A stretch of DNA of 62,809 nt from Oscillospiraceae bacterium (GCA_015064135.1 SVSU01000001.1:1-62809), one strand, 5' to 3'. Numbered from the stretch's first letter, positions 36,956 to 47,904 are shown. The notes: generated from the letters alone by a model not told the origin. Program-made: numbers and translations.

Positions 36956-37897
36956 ATGCCGTCACAAACAATACAGTGGTTTCCGGGGCATATGGCGAAA
37001 ACGCGCCGCCTTATTACGGAAAACCTCGGCAATGTTGATATTGTCATTGAGCTTCTGGATGCAAGGATTCCCCGAAGCTCCAAGAACCCCGAAATAAAGC
37101 GACTGACGGAGGGCAAGCCCACCCTTACTCTCCTTAACAAATGCTCCCTTGCCGACCCTGCTGCCACCGCAAAGTGGATATCTTCCTACGGTGGTATGGC
37201 ACTTGCCATCGACTGCATCACGGGTGAGGGAATAAAGCAGATCTACCCGGCGGTGAGAAAGATCCTTGCGGAAAAACTGCAGCGATATGAGGACAAGGGC
37301 ATGAGTGGCAGAAAGATCCGCGCCATGATGGTGGGAATCCCCAATGTGGGAAAGTCCTCCCTTGTGAATAAGCTGGGCGGCGGAAAAAAGGCACGAGTTG
37401 AGGACAGACCCGGTGTTACCATGACGAAGCAGTGGGTCACAACATCCGTCGGCATCGATCTTCTCGATATGCCCGGTGTGCTCTGGCCGAAATTTGACGA
37501 CAGACTCACGGGTGAAAACCTCGCCGTGACGGGCGCCATAAAGGATGCGGTGGTGGATATCGAAACACTGGCAGGCATCCTCTGCCGACGGCTTATGGAT
37601 GTGGCTCCCGATATGTTTATCGCTCGATATAAGCTGAATAACGACGGCGGCAGACTTTGCGATATGCAGCCCCACGAGCTCCTTTGTGAAGTGGCGAGGA
37701 AACGCGGCTTCCTCCTCTCGGGGGGTGAGCTGAATACGGAGCGTGCGGCGATCATCGTCCTTGACGAGTTCCGCGGCGCGAAGATAGGCAGAATAACCCT
37801 TGAGCTTCCCGAAGCAAAGGCGAAAAGGGAGCCTGCGGCAAAAACCGGGGAAGGGGAGACGGACTCTCCCGAAAACGAGGAGGGTGGTCATGCTTGA
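36956..37897 (+). CDS. rbgA: Ribosome biogenesis GTPase A (YlqF/RbgA)
   Basis: IQWFPGHMAK, a circularly permuted GTPase layout, and GIPNVGKSSLVN are present. Confidence 0.9.
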   Translation: MPSQTIQWFPGHMAKTRRLITENLGNVDIVIELLDARIPRSSKNPEIKRLTEGKPTLTLLNKCSLADPAATAKWISSYGGMALAIDCITGEGIKQIYPAVRKILAEKLQRYEDKGMSGRKIRAMMVGIPNVGKSSLVNKLGGGKKARVEDRPGVTMTKQWVTTSVGIDLLDMPGVLWPKFDDRLTGENLAVTGAIKDAVVDIETLAGILCRRLMDVAPDMFIARYKLNNDGGRLCDMQPHELLCEVARKRGFLLSGGELNTERAAIIVLDEFRGAKIGRITLELPEAKAKREPAAKTGEGETDSPENEEGGHA

Positions 37898-38549
37898 TTA
37901 CGGTTTTGATGCTTCCTTCCTTGAGAAGGGATACCGTGTGGTTTGCGGCGTTGACGAAGCAGGGCGAGGTCCGTTATGCGGTCCCGTTGTTGCGGCGGCG
38001 TGCGTGCTCCCTTACGACTGTGTGATAGAGGGACTTGACGACTCCAAAAAACTGACTGAAAAGAAACGGGAAAAGCTGTTTTGTGAGATTACCGAGAAAG
38101 CGTTGGCATACGGTATCGCCGAGGCTTCTCCCCTTGAGATAGACGAGATAAACATTCTGAACGCATCCCTTCTTGCCATGCGCCGCGCCATAGAGATGCT
38201 GGGGGAGGAATACGCTCCCGATTTGGTGCTTGTGGACGGCAACCAGACAAAGGGTTTTACGCAAAATGCCCTTTCCGTTGTCCACGGAGATGCGGTGTCC
38301 CAGTCCATTGCGGCGGCATCGGTGCTTGCTAAGGTGACAAGAGACAGAATGTGCGCCGACCTTGAGGAGAAATACCCTGGATACGGCATCGGCGGACATA
38401 AGGGCTACCCCACAAAGGCACACAAATTGGCGGTATACCGTCTCGGCCCGTCTCCCTGCCACAGAAAGAGCTTCCTTGCCTTCCTTGAGAGGGATAAAGA
38501 AAAGCTTGCGGCATGGGATGCGGAAGAAAAACTGAAAAGCAATGGATAA
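37890..38549 (+). CDS. rnhB: Ribonuclease HII
   Basis: The CGVDEAGRGPLCGPVV motif is present. The start at 37890 overlaps the end of rbgA by 8 nt. Confidence 0.9.
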   Translation: MLDYGFDASFLEKGYRVVCGVDEAGRGPLCGPVVAAACVLPYDCVIEGLDDSKKLTEKKREKLFCEITEKALAYGIAEASPLEIDEINILNASLLAMRRAIEMLGEEYAPDLVLVDGNQTKGFTQNALSVVHGDAVSQSIAAASVLAKVTRDRMCADLEEKYPGYGIGGHKGYPTKAHKLAVYRLGPSPCHRKSFLAFLERDKEKLAAWDAEEKLKSNG

Positions 38550-38958
38550 AATGACCGTCGGACGGCTTGGTGAACAGTTTGCCGCAGATCTCCTTCGCGA
38601 AAAGGGGTATGAGATCGTCGGCATGAACGTTTACGCAGGTCATGGGGAGACGGATATTGTGGCACGAAAGGGCGAGGTTCTCGTGTTTGCGGAAGTAAAG
38701 ACCCGACACGCAGTCAAAGGGCACACCAAAGTATACGGTGCCCCGAAGGATGCGGTGGACAGGCGAAAGCAGGAGAATCTGGTGAGGACCGCGGAGGAAT
38801 TTCTGCGACAGCATCCCGAGTTTTCCGAATGCTACCCGAGGATAGATGTAATCGAGGTCTACCTTGATTCAAGCCACAGACCGTCACATACAGAGCATTA
38901 CGAAAACGCCGTTAGGAAAAGAAACCTGCGGCAGAACAATAAAAACATACAATATTAA
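38542..38958 (+). CDS. YraN family (UPF0102) endonuclease-like protein
   Basis: GEQFAADLLREKGYEIVGMN...GETDIVA...VFAEVKTR matches the YraN pattern. It holds the conserved position downstream of rnhB. Confidence 0.8.
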   Translation: MDKMTVGRLGEQFAADLLREKGYEIVGMNVYAGHGETDIVARKGEVLVFAEVKTRHAVKGHTKVYGAPKDAVDRRKQENLVRTAEEFLRQHPEFSECYPRIDVIEVYLDSSHRPSHTEHYENAVRKRNLRQNNKNIQY

Positions 38959-38969
38959 GAGGTATTCAC

Positions 38970-40454
38970 ATGAGATACAGAAGTACAAGAGACATTGAAG
39001 CAAAGGAATATGTAACAGCGGCGGAGGCTATCAAGAGAGGCCTTGCTCCCGACGGAGGCCTTTATCTCCCCGAGGGAACCCCCGAGCTTACCGCGGCTGA
39101 TATTGAAAAGCTCTGCGGCATGACATACAGCCAGCGCGCGGCATACATCCTCTCCCTGTTCCTCGATGATTACGACAAGGCAGGGCTGAAGGCAGACTGC
39201 GACGGCGCATACAGCGAGGAGAAGTTCCCGGGAGGGGCTGCTCCCGTGGTTGACATCGGCGGCGGAATGTACTCCCTTGAGCTGTGGCACGGCCCTACCT
39301 GCGCTTTCAAGGATATGGCACTGCAGATCATGCCCCGTCTCCTTGTGCGTGCTCTCCGCATGACGGGTGAGGACAAGCTGGCGCACATTCTGGTTGCAAC
39401 AAGCGGCGATACAGGCAAGGCGGCTCTCGAGGGATACCGCGACGTGGACGGCGTAAAGATGACCGTGTTCTATCCCAACGACGGCGTCAGCAAGATGCAG
39501 CAGCGCCAGATGACCACTCAGGAAGGCAATAATGTGTATGTCTGCGCCGTTGAGGGCAACTTTGACGATGCTCAGACAGGTGTAAAGAAGATTTTCTCCG
39601 ACAAGGCTCTCGCTGAAAAGGCACTGGAGAAGGGTTTCTTCTTCTCAAGTGCAAACTCCATCAACTGGGGACGACTGGTGCCTCAGGTGGTATACTATGT
39701 ATCCGCATACTGTGACCTTGCGGCAAGCGAAAAGATCAAAATCGGCGACAGCGTGAACGTGTGCGTACCCACAGGCAACTTCGGCAATATTTTTGCGGCA
39801 TATATCGCCCGTGAAATGGGTCTGCCAATCGCTCACTTTATCTGCGCTTCCAACGCCAATAATGTACTCACCGACTTCATCAACACAGGTGTGTATGACC
39901 GTACCCGTGAGTTTTATAAGACCATGTCTCCCTCCATGGATATTCTCATTTCCAGCAACCTGGAGCGTCTCCTCTGCCGCATCGGAGGTGAAGCGGTGAC
40001 AAAGGAGCTGATGACCGCCCTCAACACCGAAGGCAAGTATCAGGCACCCGAGGATATGATGGCGAAGATTCGCGCGGTGTTCTCCGGTTACTGCATGAGC
40101 GAGGAGGAAACAGCGGCGGCGCTTCGCAAGACTTTCGAGGAGAGAGGCTACCTTGCAGACCCCCATACCACAGTAGGTTTCGGATGCGCTGAAAAGTACC
40201 GCCGTGACACAGGGGATAACACACCCATTATCCTCGCATCCACAGCAAGCCCCTACAAGTTCTCCGCAGACGTATGCCGTTCTCTCGGCCTGCCCGTTGC
40301 GGATGAGGACGATATCGAAGGAATTCTCAACACACTTTCCGCTGCTACAAAGACCGAGATTCCCGCACCTCTGGCGAGAACACTGACTCTCCCCGTTCGC
40401 TTTACCGAAGTGGTTGCTCCTGCAAAGATGGCGGAGATCCCCTTCAGAGACTGA
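38970..40454 (+). CDS. thrC: Threonine synthase (long form)
   Basis: YRSTR..., GGLYLPE and HGPTCAFKD (the PLP-binding lysine) are present. The product is 494 aa. Confidence 0.9.
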   Translation: MRYRSTRDIEAKEYVTAAEAIKRGLAPDGGLYLPEGTPELTAADIEKLCGMTYSQRAAYILSLFLDDYDKAGLKADCDGAYSEEKFPGGAAPVVDIGGGMYSLELWHGPTCAFKDMALQIMPRLLVRALRMTGEDKLAHILVATSGDTGKAALEGYRDVDGVKMTVFYPNDGVSKMQQRQMTTQEGNNVYVCAVEGNFDDAQTGVKKIFSDKALAEKALEKGFFFSSANSINWGRLVPQVVYYVSAYCDLAASEKIKIGDSVNVCVPTGNFGNIFAAYIAREMGLPIAHFICASNANNVLTDFINTGVYDRTREFYKTMSPSMDILISSNLERLLCRIGGEAVTKELMTALNTEGKYQAPEDMMAKIRAVFSGYCMSEEETAAALRKTFEERGYLADPHTTVGFGCAEKYRRDTGDNTPIILASTASPYKFSADVCRSLGLPVADEDDIEGILNTLSAATKTEIPAPLARTLTLPVRFTEVVAPAKMAEIPFRD

Positions 40455-40461
40455 GTCACGG

Positions 40462-41184
40462 ATGGCAATCTATTCCATTGCTGACCTGCACCTTTCAGGC
40501 TCCGTAGACAAGCCCATGGATGTGTTCGGACACCGCTGGCAGGGATATTTTGAGAAGATAGAGACCCGATGGCGCGCTGTCGTTGAGGAGAATGATACGG
40601 TGGTGGTGCCGGGGGATATCTCCTGGGCAATGACCCTCGATGAGGCGGAAACAGACCTCAGATTTATCGACTCACTGCCGGGGAAGAAGCTCATCGGCAA
40701 GGGAAACCACGACTTCTGGTGGCAGACCATGACGAAAATGAACCGCTTCCTTGAGGAACGGGATATCCGCACCATTCGCTTCCTTTACAACAATGCCTAT
40801 GCCGTGGAGGATAAGGTGATCTGCGGCACGAGGGGCTGGTATGTGGAGGAGAAATTTCAGCAGAAGGCGCGGAATAACCCCGATTATGACAAGATCGTGG
40901 CAAGGGAGGCAGGCAGGCTGGAGCTTTGTCTCGCGGAAGCCGAGAACCTTTGCTGTGAGACGGGAGCCGGGGAGATTGTGGTGTATTTCCACTTTCCGCC
41001 CGTGTTCGGCACTTTCGTATGCCGTGAGCTTGTGGAGGTCATGCAGCGGCATGAAATAAAGCGGTGCTTCTACGGCCACATTCACGGGGTTTACAATATC
41101 CCCTATCACATGGAGTTTGAAGGCATCGACATGACCATTATCTCTGCGGACTATCTGGATTTTGTCCCGATGCGGCTGAGATAA
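40462..41184 (+). CDS. Metallophosphoesterase family protein
   Basis: IADLHL, GDISW, GNHD and GHIH are metallophosphatase motifs. Confidence 0.75.
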   Translation: MAIYSIADLHLSGSVDKPMDVFGHRWQGYFEKIETRWRAVVEENDTVVVPGDISWAMTLDEAETDLRFIDSLPGKKLIGKGNHDFWWQTMTKMNRFLEERDIRTIRFLYNNAYAVEDKVICGTRGWYVEEKFQQKARNNPDYDKIVAREAGRLELCLAEAENLCCETGAGEIVVYFHFPPVFGTFVCRELVEVMQRHEIKRCFYGHIHGVYNIPYHMEFEGIDMTIISADYLDFVPMRLR

Positions 41185-41227
41185 TGTGAGAGGGCGGCGT
41201 AATTCGTAAATAATTTATCCTTATGTA

Positions 41228-41256
41228 TTGACATTTGACGCAAAAAAATGTACAAT
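41228..41256 (+). promoter_or_regulatory. Sigma-A-type promoter upstream of tig
   Basis: TTGACA (41228-41233) is followed by 17 nt and then TACAAT (41251-41256). Confidence 0.5.
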
Positions 41257-41317
41257 ATAGGGAGTTATGTCAATAATACAATTTTTTAAATAGAAATATC
41301 TCGGAGGGATATCACCA

Positions 41318-42619
41318 ATGAACGTTAAGTCCATCGAAACAATCGACACCAATAAGCAGAAGCTGACCATTGAGATCGAGCGCACCGTGTTTGACGCGGC
41401 GATCAACAAGGTTTTCAAGAAGGCTTCAAAGAACATTTCCATCCCCGGCTTCCGTAAGGGCAAGGCTCCCCGTGCCATCGTGGAAAAGATGTACGGCAAG
41501 GAAGTATTCTACGAGGATGCTATCAATGAAATCATTCCCGATGCATATACTGAAGCAATGAAGGACTATGACAAGGTAGTTGTAAGCCGTCCCGAATTCG
41601 ATATCGAAAGCATCGACGAAAACGGTGTTGTTCTCACTGCCGTTTTCTACACCAAGCCCGAAGCTGAAATCGCAGATTACCTGGGAATCAACGTAACACG
41701 CACCCAGGCTCCCGTAGGCGACGAGGAAGTTGACGCTGAGATTGCAAGAGTTCAGCAGAGAAACTCCAGAATGATCGAGATCACCGACCGCGCAGCGGCA
41801 GACGGCGACATCTGCAACATCAACTTCGAGGGCTTCGTTGACGGTGAAGCATTCGACGGCGGCAAGGCTGAAGGCCATGAGCTGAAGCTGGGCTCCGGTC
41901 AGTTCATCCCCGGATTTGAGGAACAGATCGTTGGCAAGAACATCGGCGATGAGTTCGACGTAAACGTAACATTCCCCGAAGAATACCATGCTGAAAACCT
42001 GAAGGGCAAGCCTGCTGTATTCAAGTGCAAGCTGAACGGCATCAAGTTCAATGAGCTTCCCGCACTTGACGACGATTTTGCCTGCGACGTTTCCGAATTC
42101 AATACATTCGCTGAATATAAGGCAGATGTTAAGGCAAAAATCGAAGAACAGCACGCAAAGCAGGCAGATGCCGAGGTTGATGAGCAGCTCATCAATGCCA
42201 TCAACGAAAAGCTGGTTTGCGAGATCCCCGAGGCTATGTTTGAGAATGAGACCGAAAACTTCGTTCGCGACTTCGACAATAAGCTCCGCATGCAGGGACT
42301 TGATCTTGCTACCTACTTCAAGTACACAGGCCTTGATCTCGATGCAATGAGAAAGCAGATGCGTCCCGATGCAGAGCGTCAGGTAAAGACCAGACTGGCT
42401 CTTGAGAAGATCGCTGCTCTTGAGAATATCGAAGCAACAGACGAGGACATTGAAGCAGAATTCGCAAAGCTGGCGGAGGCTTACGGCATGGAAGCCGACA
42501 AGGTTCGCGAGCTGGTTGCAAAGGATGCTATCGCTGAGGACATCAAGGTAAGAAAGGCTGTTGACCTCATCAAGGAAAAGGCAGTTGTAACAGAAGCTGC
42601 CCCCGAAGAGGCTAAGTAA
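41318..42619 (+). CDS. tig: Trigger factor
   Basis: GFRKGKAPR is the ribosome-binding signature and an FKBP-like middle domain is present. The gene lies upstream of clpP-clpX. Confidence 0.95.
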   Translation: MNVKSIETIDTNKQKLTIEIERTVFDAAINKVFKKASKNISIPGFRKGKAPRAIVEKMYGKEVFYEDAINEIIPDAYTEAMKDYDKVVVSRPEFDIESIDENGVVLTAVFYTKPEAEIADYLGINVTRTQAPVGDEEVDAEIARVQQRNSRMIEITDRAAADGDICNINFEGFVDGEAFDGGKAEGHELKLGSGQFIPGFEEQIVGKNIGDEFDVNVTFPEEYHAENLKGKPAVFKCKLNGIKFNELPALDDDFACDVSEFNTFAEYKADVKAKIEEQHAKQADAEVDEQLINAINEKLVCEIPEAMFENETENFVRDFDNKLRMQGLDLATYFKYTGLDLDAMRKQMRPDAERQVKTRLALEKIAALENIEATDEDIEAEFAKLAEAYGMEADKVRELVAKDAIAEDIKVRKAVDLIKEKAVVTEAAPEEAK

Positions 42620-42640
42620 TCGAAAATCGACTATCGCTCA

Positions 42641-42688
42641 GGAACGCTTTTGCTCAGGTGAACACCTGTCGGAAGCGTTCCGTTTTTC
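42641..42688 (+). terminator. Intrinsic terminator after tig
   Basis: GGAACGCTT pairs with AAGCGTTCC and is followed by GTTTTT. Confidence 0.55.
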
Positions 42689-42722
42689 CCGAATGAAAGA
42701 GAATTCAATGGAGGTAAATAAT

Positions 42723-43307
42723 ATGGCACTTGTTCCAATGGTCGTAGAGCAGACCGGCAGAGGAGAACGTTCCTTTGACATTTATTCCAGACTTTTGAAC
42801 GACAGAATCATTTTTCTGACCGACGAGGTTAACGACGTAACATCATCCCTTGTTGTAGCGCAGCTTCTGTTCCTTGAAGCGCAGGATCCCGACAAGGATA
42901 TCAGCCTGTATATCAACAGCCCCGGAGGCTCCGTAACCGCAGGTATGGCAATTTACGATACCATGAATTTCATTAAATGCGACGTTTCCACCATCTGCAT
43001 CGGCATGGCGGCAAGCATGGGTGCGTTCCTTCTGTCCTCGGGGGCGAAGGGAAAGCGTCTGGCGCTCCCCAACAGCGAGATCATGATCCATCAGCCCCTC
43101 GGCGGAATGCAGGGTCAGGCTTCCGATATCAAGATCCACGCCGACCACATTCTTCGCACAAGGGAGACCCTCAACGGCATTCTGGCGAAGAACACAGGCA
43201 AGCCCATTGACATCATTGCTCACGATACGGAAAGAGATAACTTCATGAGCGCAGAACAGGCTTGTGAATACGGTCTCATCGACAAGGTCATCGAACGCAG
43301 ACCGTAA
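42723..43307 (+). CDS. clpP: ATP-dependent Clp protease proteolytic subunit
   Basis: [11 protein letters not shown], the catalytic-Ser context [11 protein letters not shown], and IHQPLGG are present. GGAGGT lies upstream of the ATG at 42723. Confidence 0.95.
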   Translation: MALVPMVVEQTGRGERSFDIYSRLLNDRIIFLTDEVNDVTSSLVVAQLLFLEAQDPDKDISLYINSPGGSVTAGMAIYDTMNFIKCDVSTICIGMAASMGAFLLSSGAKGKRLALPNSEIMIHQPLGGMQGQASDIKIHADHILRTRETLNGILAKNTGKPIDIIAHDTERDNFMSAEQACEYGLIDKVIERRP

Positions 43308-43400
43308 GAGGCGACGGCGACGGTTCTTTCCCCGGGCGCATTTTTATTGGGACAGCAAATTTGTTTTTGACTACTATTCCGATTTTTGAAAGGGATTATC

Positions 43401-44714
43401 ATGGCTCAGAATACACGAGGCGGACGCATCAATATTGAACGGAACTGCTCCTTCTGCGGCAGAGGTGAAAATCAGGTCGAGTTTCTCATCCCCTCTCCCA
43501 CAGGGCTGTATATCTGCGATAAATGCGTGGATGCCTGCAACGATATTATCTTCGACCACATGGATACGGTGGAACCCGGCGGAAACTTCTCCGACGGTGA
43601 GCTGCCCACCCCCATGGAGATCAAGGAAACACTGGATGAATATATCATCGGTCAGGATAAGGCGAAGATCGCTCTTTCTGTGGCGGTGTATAATCATTAC
43701 AAGCGCCTGATGCACAACGACGCAAAGCAGAAAACAGAACTGCGCCGTGCAAAGGCGAAGGCAAGAGGCGAGGAGACGGCAGAGGACGTGGAGGATGTGG
43801 ACATTCAGAAGTCCAATGTGCTCCTCATCGGCCCCACAGGTGTGGGAAAAACCTTCCTTGCCCAGACTCTCGCAAAGACTTTGAATGTTCCCTTTGCCAT
43901 TGCAGATGCCACAACACTGACGGAAGCCGGATATGTGGGCGAGGACGTGGAGAATATCCTCGTTCGTCTCGTTCAGGCTGCCGATTACGACATTGAGCTG
44001 GCGGAGAGAGGCATCATTTACATCGACGAGATCGATAAGATCTCAAGAAGAAGCGAAAATCGTTCTATAACCAGAGACGTATCGGGAGAGGGTGTTCAGC
44101 AGGCACTTCTGAAGATCCTTGAGGGTACGGTTTCCAATGTTCCTCCCCAGGGCGGCAGAAAGCATCCCAATCAGGAGTTTATTCAGGTGAATACGGAGAA
44201 TATCCTGTTTATCTGCGGCGGTGCTTTTGATACCCTCGATCAGATCATCGGCGAGCGCAAGGGTCAGTCTATCGTGGGCTTCGGCGGTGACATCAAAAAG
44301 AAGGAAGAAAAGCAGAAGGAAGGCATTTTCAAGGATGTAACGGCACATGATATTGTGAAGTACGGCATCATCCCCGAACTTGTGGGCAGACTGCCTGTTA
44401 TAGTGGGTCTTGAAAATCTGGATGCGGATGCTTTGGTGAGAATTTTAGGCGAACCGAAGAATTCCCTTGTAAAGCAGTACAAAAAGCTGTTTGAAATGGA
44501 TGGAGTGGAGCTTGAGATCACCCCCGAGGCGCTTTCTGCCATTGCCCAAAAGGCAATCGAACGGAATACGGGCGCCCGCGGACTTCGCTCCATTCTGGAG
44601 GAGACCATGACGGACATTATGTTTGAGATCCCTTCAAGAAAAGATGTGGAAAAGGTCATCATCACAGCGGACTGCATTGCAGGGAAAGCGGCACCGGAGC
44701 TTGTGAAAAAATAA
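43401..44714 (+). CDS. clpX: ATP-dependent Clp protease ATP-binding subunit ClpX
   Basis: It has a zinc-binding N-terminus (CSFCG...CDKC), Walker A (GPTGVGKT) and Walker B (IIYIDEIDK). Confidence 0.95.
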   Translation: MAQNTRGGRINIERNCSFCGRGENQVEFLIPSPTGLYICDKCVDACNDIIFDHMDTVEPGGNFSDGELPTPMEIKETLDEYIIGQDKAKIALSVAVYNHYKRLMHNDAKQKTELRRAKAKARGEETAEDVEDVDIQKSNVLLIGPTGVGKTFLAQTLAKTLNVPFAIADATTLTEAGYVGEDVENILVRLVQAADYDIELAERGIIYIDEIDKISRRSENRSITRDVSGEGVQQALLKILEGTVSNVPPQGGRKHPNQEFIQVNTENILFICGGAFDTLDQIIGERKGQSIVGFGGDIKKKEEKQKEGIFKDVTAHDIVKYGIIPELVGRLPVIVGLENLDADALVRILGEPKNSLVKQYKKLFEMDGVELEITPEALSAIAQKAIERNTGARGLRSILEETMTDIMFEIPSRKDVEKVIITADCIAGKAAPELVKK

Positions 44715-44720
44715 AATTTC

Positions 44721-44761
44721 GTGGAGGTTAGCCTATTCGGCGGCCTCCACATGATTTTTTG
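44721..44761 (+). terminator. Intrinsic terminator after clpX
   Basis: GTGGAGG pairs with CCTCCAC and is followed by ATGATTTTTT. Confidence 0.6.
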
Positions 44762-44814
44762 GACGATTCATCATGTTCAGTGGTAAATAAATATTGAATA
44801 AATCAAATTTTCTA

Positions 44815-44843
44815 TTGAATTTCTGAAGATAATATGATATAAT
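44815..44843 (+). promoter_or_regulatory. Sigma-A-type promoter of the SRP RNA gene
   Basis: TTGAAT (44815-44820) is followed by 17 nt and then TATAAT (44838-44843). Confidence 0.55.
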
Positions 44844-44852
44844 AGCCGAGTA

Positions 44853-45166
44853 TGCAGAATAACTCGTGAATCAAGGTCATACCAGTCGGGGGAGCAGCGG
44901 GTCCCTGTACTCGAAATCCGCTATAGCGAGGATGGTATCCCGAAACGAGGGTGAGATTTGTATGGTCTGTGCCGCAGTTGGACGTGTTGACGAATGGGTC
45001 CTGCGCGATCGGCGGCTGTGAACCATGTCAGGTGGGGAACCAAGCAGCATTAAGCAGTTTAGCCGATGCGCCGCAGGGCAGCCTGTTCTGAGCGTGCACT
45101 GCGGTGTCGCATATGGATTCTCATTCGACTTTCGGGTGTATGGCCTTGATTTGGGTGTTATTCTGC
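44853..45166 (+). ncRNA. ffs: Signal recognition particle RNA (large, Bacillus/Clostridium-type scRNA)
   Basis: The domain IV motif GTCAGGTGGGGAACCAAGCAGC pairs with a partner GGCAGCC segment. The termini pair over a long stretch (GCAGAATAAC...ATCAAGGTCATAC with GTATGGCCTTGAT...GTTATTCTGC). The position just upstream of dnaX matches Bacillus. The exact ends are approximate. Confidence 0.75.
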
Positions 45167-45252
45167 CTTGTTTTTCGGAATATGACATTTTTCGATGTAT
45201 TGTAACGTTATCCTGCGGTGCTTCCGCGAGAAACAAACGGGAGGGGTCTGCC

Positions 45253-46878
45253 ATGCATCAGGCACTGTACAGAAAATATCGTCCGCAGAGCTTTGATGAT
45301 GTGTGCGGTCAGGAGCAGGTTACCTCTGTCCTCCGATATGAAGCGGAACATGGAAAGGTGTCTCATGCCTACCTGTTCTGCGGTCCCAGAGGAACGGGAA
45401 AGACCACCTGCGCGAAGATCCTTGCAAAGGCGGTCAACTGTCTCAGCCCCGTGAATGGGAGCCCTTGCGGAAAATGCTTTGCCTGTCAGAGCATCGATGA
45501 GGGCAGCGCCGTGGATGTTCTGGAAATGGACGCCGCATCAAACAACGGTGTTGACTACATCCGCGATATCAGGGAGGCGGTCAATTACACACCCAATGCG
45601 CTGAATAAGCGCGTTTACATCATCGACGAGGTTCATATGCTTTCCACCAGTGCGTTCAATGCATTGCTGAAAACGCTGGAAGAACCTCCCGAACACGTCC
45701 TTTTTATTCTCGCTACAACGGAGCTTCATAAACTGCCTGCAACCATCATATCAAGGTGTCAGCGAATGGATTTCCGCCGCATGAAGGTGGATGTGCTTGC
45801 CTCTCGCCTTGTCCATATCGCCGAGCTCGAGGGGATCACCCTTGAGGAAAATGCCGCGAAGATCATCTCCAAGCAGGCAATGGGCGGTATGCGCGACGCC
45901 ATCAGCCTTTTCGAGCTGTGTGCAAGCGGCGGACATGATGTGACATCGGAGCGAGTGACGGAGATTCTCGGTCTCAGCGGTACGGAGATATCCTATAAGG
46001 CCGCCGTTGCCGTAAAGAGGCGTGATACAGCAGCTATTTTTAATATTGTAAGAACCGTGGCGTCCTCCTCAAAGGATATTGCGGTGTTCTGGCAGGAACT
46101 GTTGGAATTCTGGCGCGATATGCTTGTGTGCAAATACCTTCCCTCCGGGGAGCTGACGGATTATCTGGATCTTACCGAGCCTGAGCTTCGCGTTCTTGAG
46201 GACGCGGCAAGGAGATTCGATCAGGCAACGCTGACCTACCACTTTTCGATTCTGGACGATGCCATGCGTGAGATGACCCGTTCTCCTCAGACCAAACGGC
46301 TGACGGCAGAGCTCAGTCTCATGAAAATGTGTGATCCTTCCCTTGAAGCCACGGTGGAAGCACTGACGGCAAGGGTGACGGAGCTTGAGAACAAGCTGGC
46401 ACTTCTCAGAAGCGGAGGTTCCTGCGGTGGGGCGGTGCAGACCGATGAGCCCACAGCGGAGCCCGAGCCTTTGGTGTTCGAGGAAAAAAAGGTGACAGCA
46501 GAGCCCGACTCTTCGGATATTCCCCATGAGGAAAAAGGGGAGCATGAGGTGAAGAGTGCCCATGGGGCAGCTGAAAAAGCAGAGCCCACGAGGATTCGTG
46601 ATGTGGGAGAGATCGCGGAGAAGGTCGCATCGGCAAACCCCATGTACATGAGCTTCTTCCGTGATGCGGATTGCTATGTTTCTCCCGACAGGAAAGAGGT
46701 AACAGTCAAGACCACAAGCAGTTTTGCGGTGCAGATGCTGTCCTCCGATAGTGCAAAGAAAGTTCTTTTGTCGGCATTTGTCCTGTGTGATGTCTGCGAT
46801 TCCGATGCTGTGCTGGTAATAACGGCAGGTGCGGAACCGAAGGCGAAAAGCCCTGTGGATGAGCTGACAGAGTTTTAA
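45253..46878 (+). CDS. dnaX: DNA polymerase III subunit tau (gamma/tau)
   Basis: YRKYRPQSFDDVCGQE, GPRGTGKTT and a zinc module of four Cys are present. The ATG at 45253 has an upstream GGGAGGGG. The ORF extension upstream overlaps ffs. Confidence 0.95.
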   Translation: MHQALYRKYRPQSFDDVCGQEQVTSVLRYEAEHGKVSHAYLFCGPRGTGKTTCAKILAKAVNCLSPVNGSPCGKCFACQSIDEGSAVDVLEMDAASNNGVDYIRDIREAVNYTPNALNKRVYIIDEVHMLSTSAFNALLKTLEEPPEHVLFILATTELHKLPATIISRCQRMDFRRMKVDVLASRLVHIAELEGITLEENAAKIISKQAMGGMRDAISLFELCASGGHDVTSERVTEILGLSGTEISYKAAVAVKRRDTAAIFNIVRTVASSSKDIAVFWQELLEFWRDMLVCKYLPSGELTDYLDLTEPELRVLEDAARRFDQATLTYHFSILDDAMREMTRSPQTKRLTAELSLMKMCDPSLEATVEALTARVTELENKLALLRSGGSCGGAVQTDEPTAEPEPLVFEEKKVTAEPDSSDIPHEEKGEHEVKSAHGAAEKAEPTRIRDVGEIAEKVASANPMYMSFFRDADCYVSPDRKEVTVKTTSSFAVQMLSSDSAKKVLLSAFVLCDVCDSDAVLVITAGAEPKAKSPVDELTEF

Positions 46879-46923
46879 TAAAACAAAAAATAACAAAATC
46901 TAACAAAAGGATGGAAAAAGAAA

Positions 46924-47277
46924 GTGAAAGCAAGACTTCCGAAAGGTATGGGCGCAGGTCCCAATATGCAGACAATGATCAAGCAGGCTCAGAAGATGCA
47001 GGAGGATATGGAAACCCTTCAGGCTGAGCTCAACGAAAAGGAATACGAGATCGCGGCAGGCGGCGGCGCTGTTACCGTAAAGATCAACGGTAAGCTTGAG
47101 GTGCTCGGCATCGATATCAAGCCCGAGGTTGTTGACCCCGAGGATATCGAGACTCTGTCCGATATTCTGGTTGCCGCTGTAAACGAGGCGATCAAGAAGG
47201 TAAACACCATCAACAGTGACGAAATGGGCAAGATCACAGGCGGACTCAACGTTCCCGGCCTTCCCGGTCTGTTCTGA
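46924..47277 (+). CDS. ybaB: Nucleoid-associated protein YbaB/EbfC
   Basis: MQTMIKQAQKMQEDM... matches the family, and the gene sits between dnaX and recR. It uses a GTG start. Confidence 0.9.
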   Translation: MKARLPKGMGAGPNMQTMIKQAQKMQEDMETLQAELNEKEYEIAAGGGAVTVKINGKLEVLGIDIKPEVVDPEDIETLSDILVAAVNEAIKKVNTINSDEMGKITGGLNVPGLPGLF

Positions 47278-47280
47278 TAA

Positions 47281-47904
47281 ATGGCATCCGAGTACATCGA
47301 GCCCCTTGAACGGCTTGCCGATATGTTCCGCAGGCTGGACGGAGTGGGGAAGAAAACTGCCCTGCGCTATGCGTTCAGTGTGCTGAATTTCACGGAGGAC
47401 GAGGCGAGGGAATTTGCGGATGCGCTGGTTGCCTGCAAAACGGAGGTCGTCCTCTGCGGCGAGTGCCAGAACATCTCAACAGACGAGGTTTGCCCCATTT
47501 GTTCTTCCCCGAACAGGGATGGGAGTACCGTCTGCGTGGTGGAGGATCCGAGGGCTGTTTACGCTATTGAAAAAACGAGACAGTTCGGCGGCGTGTATCA
47601 TGTGCTTCACGGCACCCTTTCCCCCATGCGCGGCATAACACCCGACAGGCTGAAGATCAAGGAACTTCTCCAAAGGATCAGCAAAAGCATGGATGAGGGG
47701 CAGACGGAGATCAAGGAATTGATCCTTGCCACCAACCCAACCGTGGAAGGTGAGGCAACTGCCATGTACATCGCAAAGCTGCTGACCCCCCTTGGCGTGA
47801 AGGTGACCCGCATTGCTAATGGTGTCCCCGTTGGCGGAGACCTTGAATATGCGGACGAAGTGACCCTCAGACGTGCTATGGAGGGCAGGTATACCATTGG
47901 ATGA
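47281..47904 (+). CDS. recR: Recombination protein RecR
   Basis: A HhH N-terminus, a C4 zinc finger (CGECQNIS...CPIC) and a Toprim domain are present. Confidence 0.95.
   Translation: MASEYIEPLERLADMFRRLDGVGKKTALRYAFSVLNFTEDEAREFADALVACKTEVVLCGECQNISTDEVCPICSSPNRDGSTVCVVEDPRAVYAIEKTRQFGGVYHVLHGTLSPMRGITPDRLKIKELLQRISKSMDEGQTEIKELILATNPTVEGEATAMYIAKLLTPLGVKVTRIANGVPVGGDLEYADEVTLRRAMEGRYTIG

Noticed and set aside
45025-45252. An N-terminal extension of the dnaX ORF (617-aa version), plus the minus-strand ORF at 44877-45254.
   Set aside because: The region encodes the SRP RNA. The conserved DnaX N-terminus (MHQALYRKYRPQSF) starts at 45253 with a good RBS.
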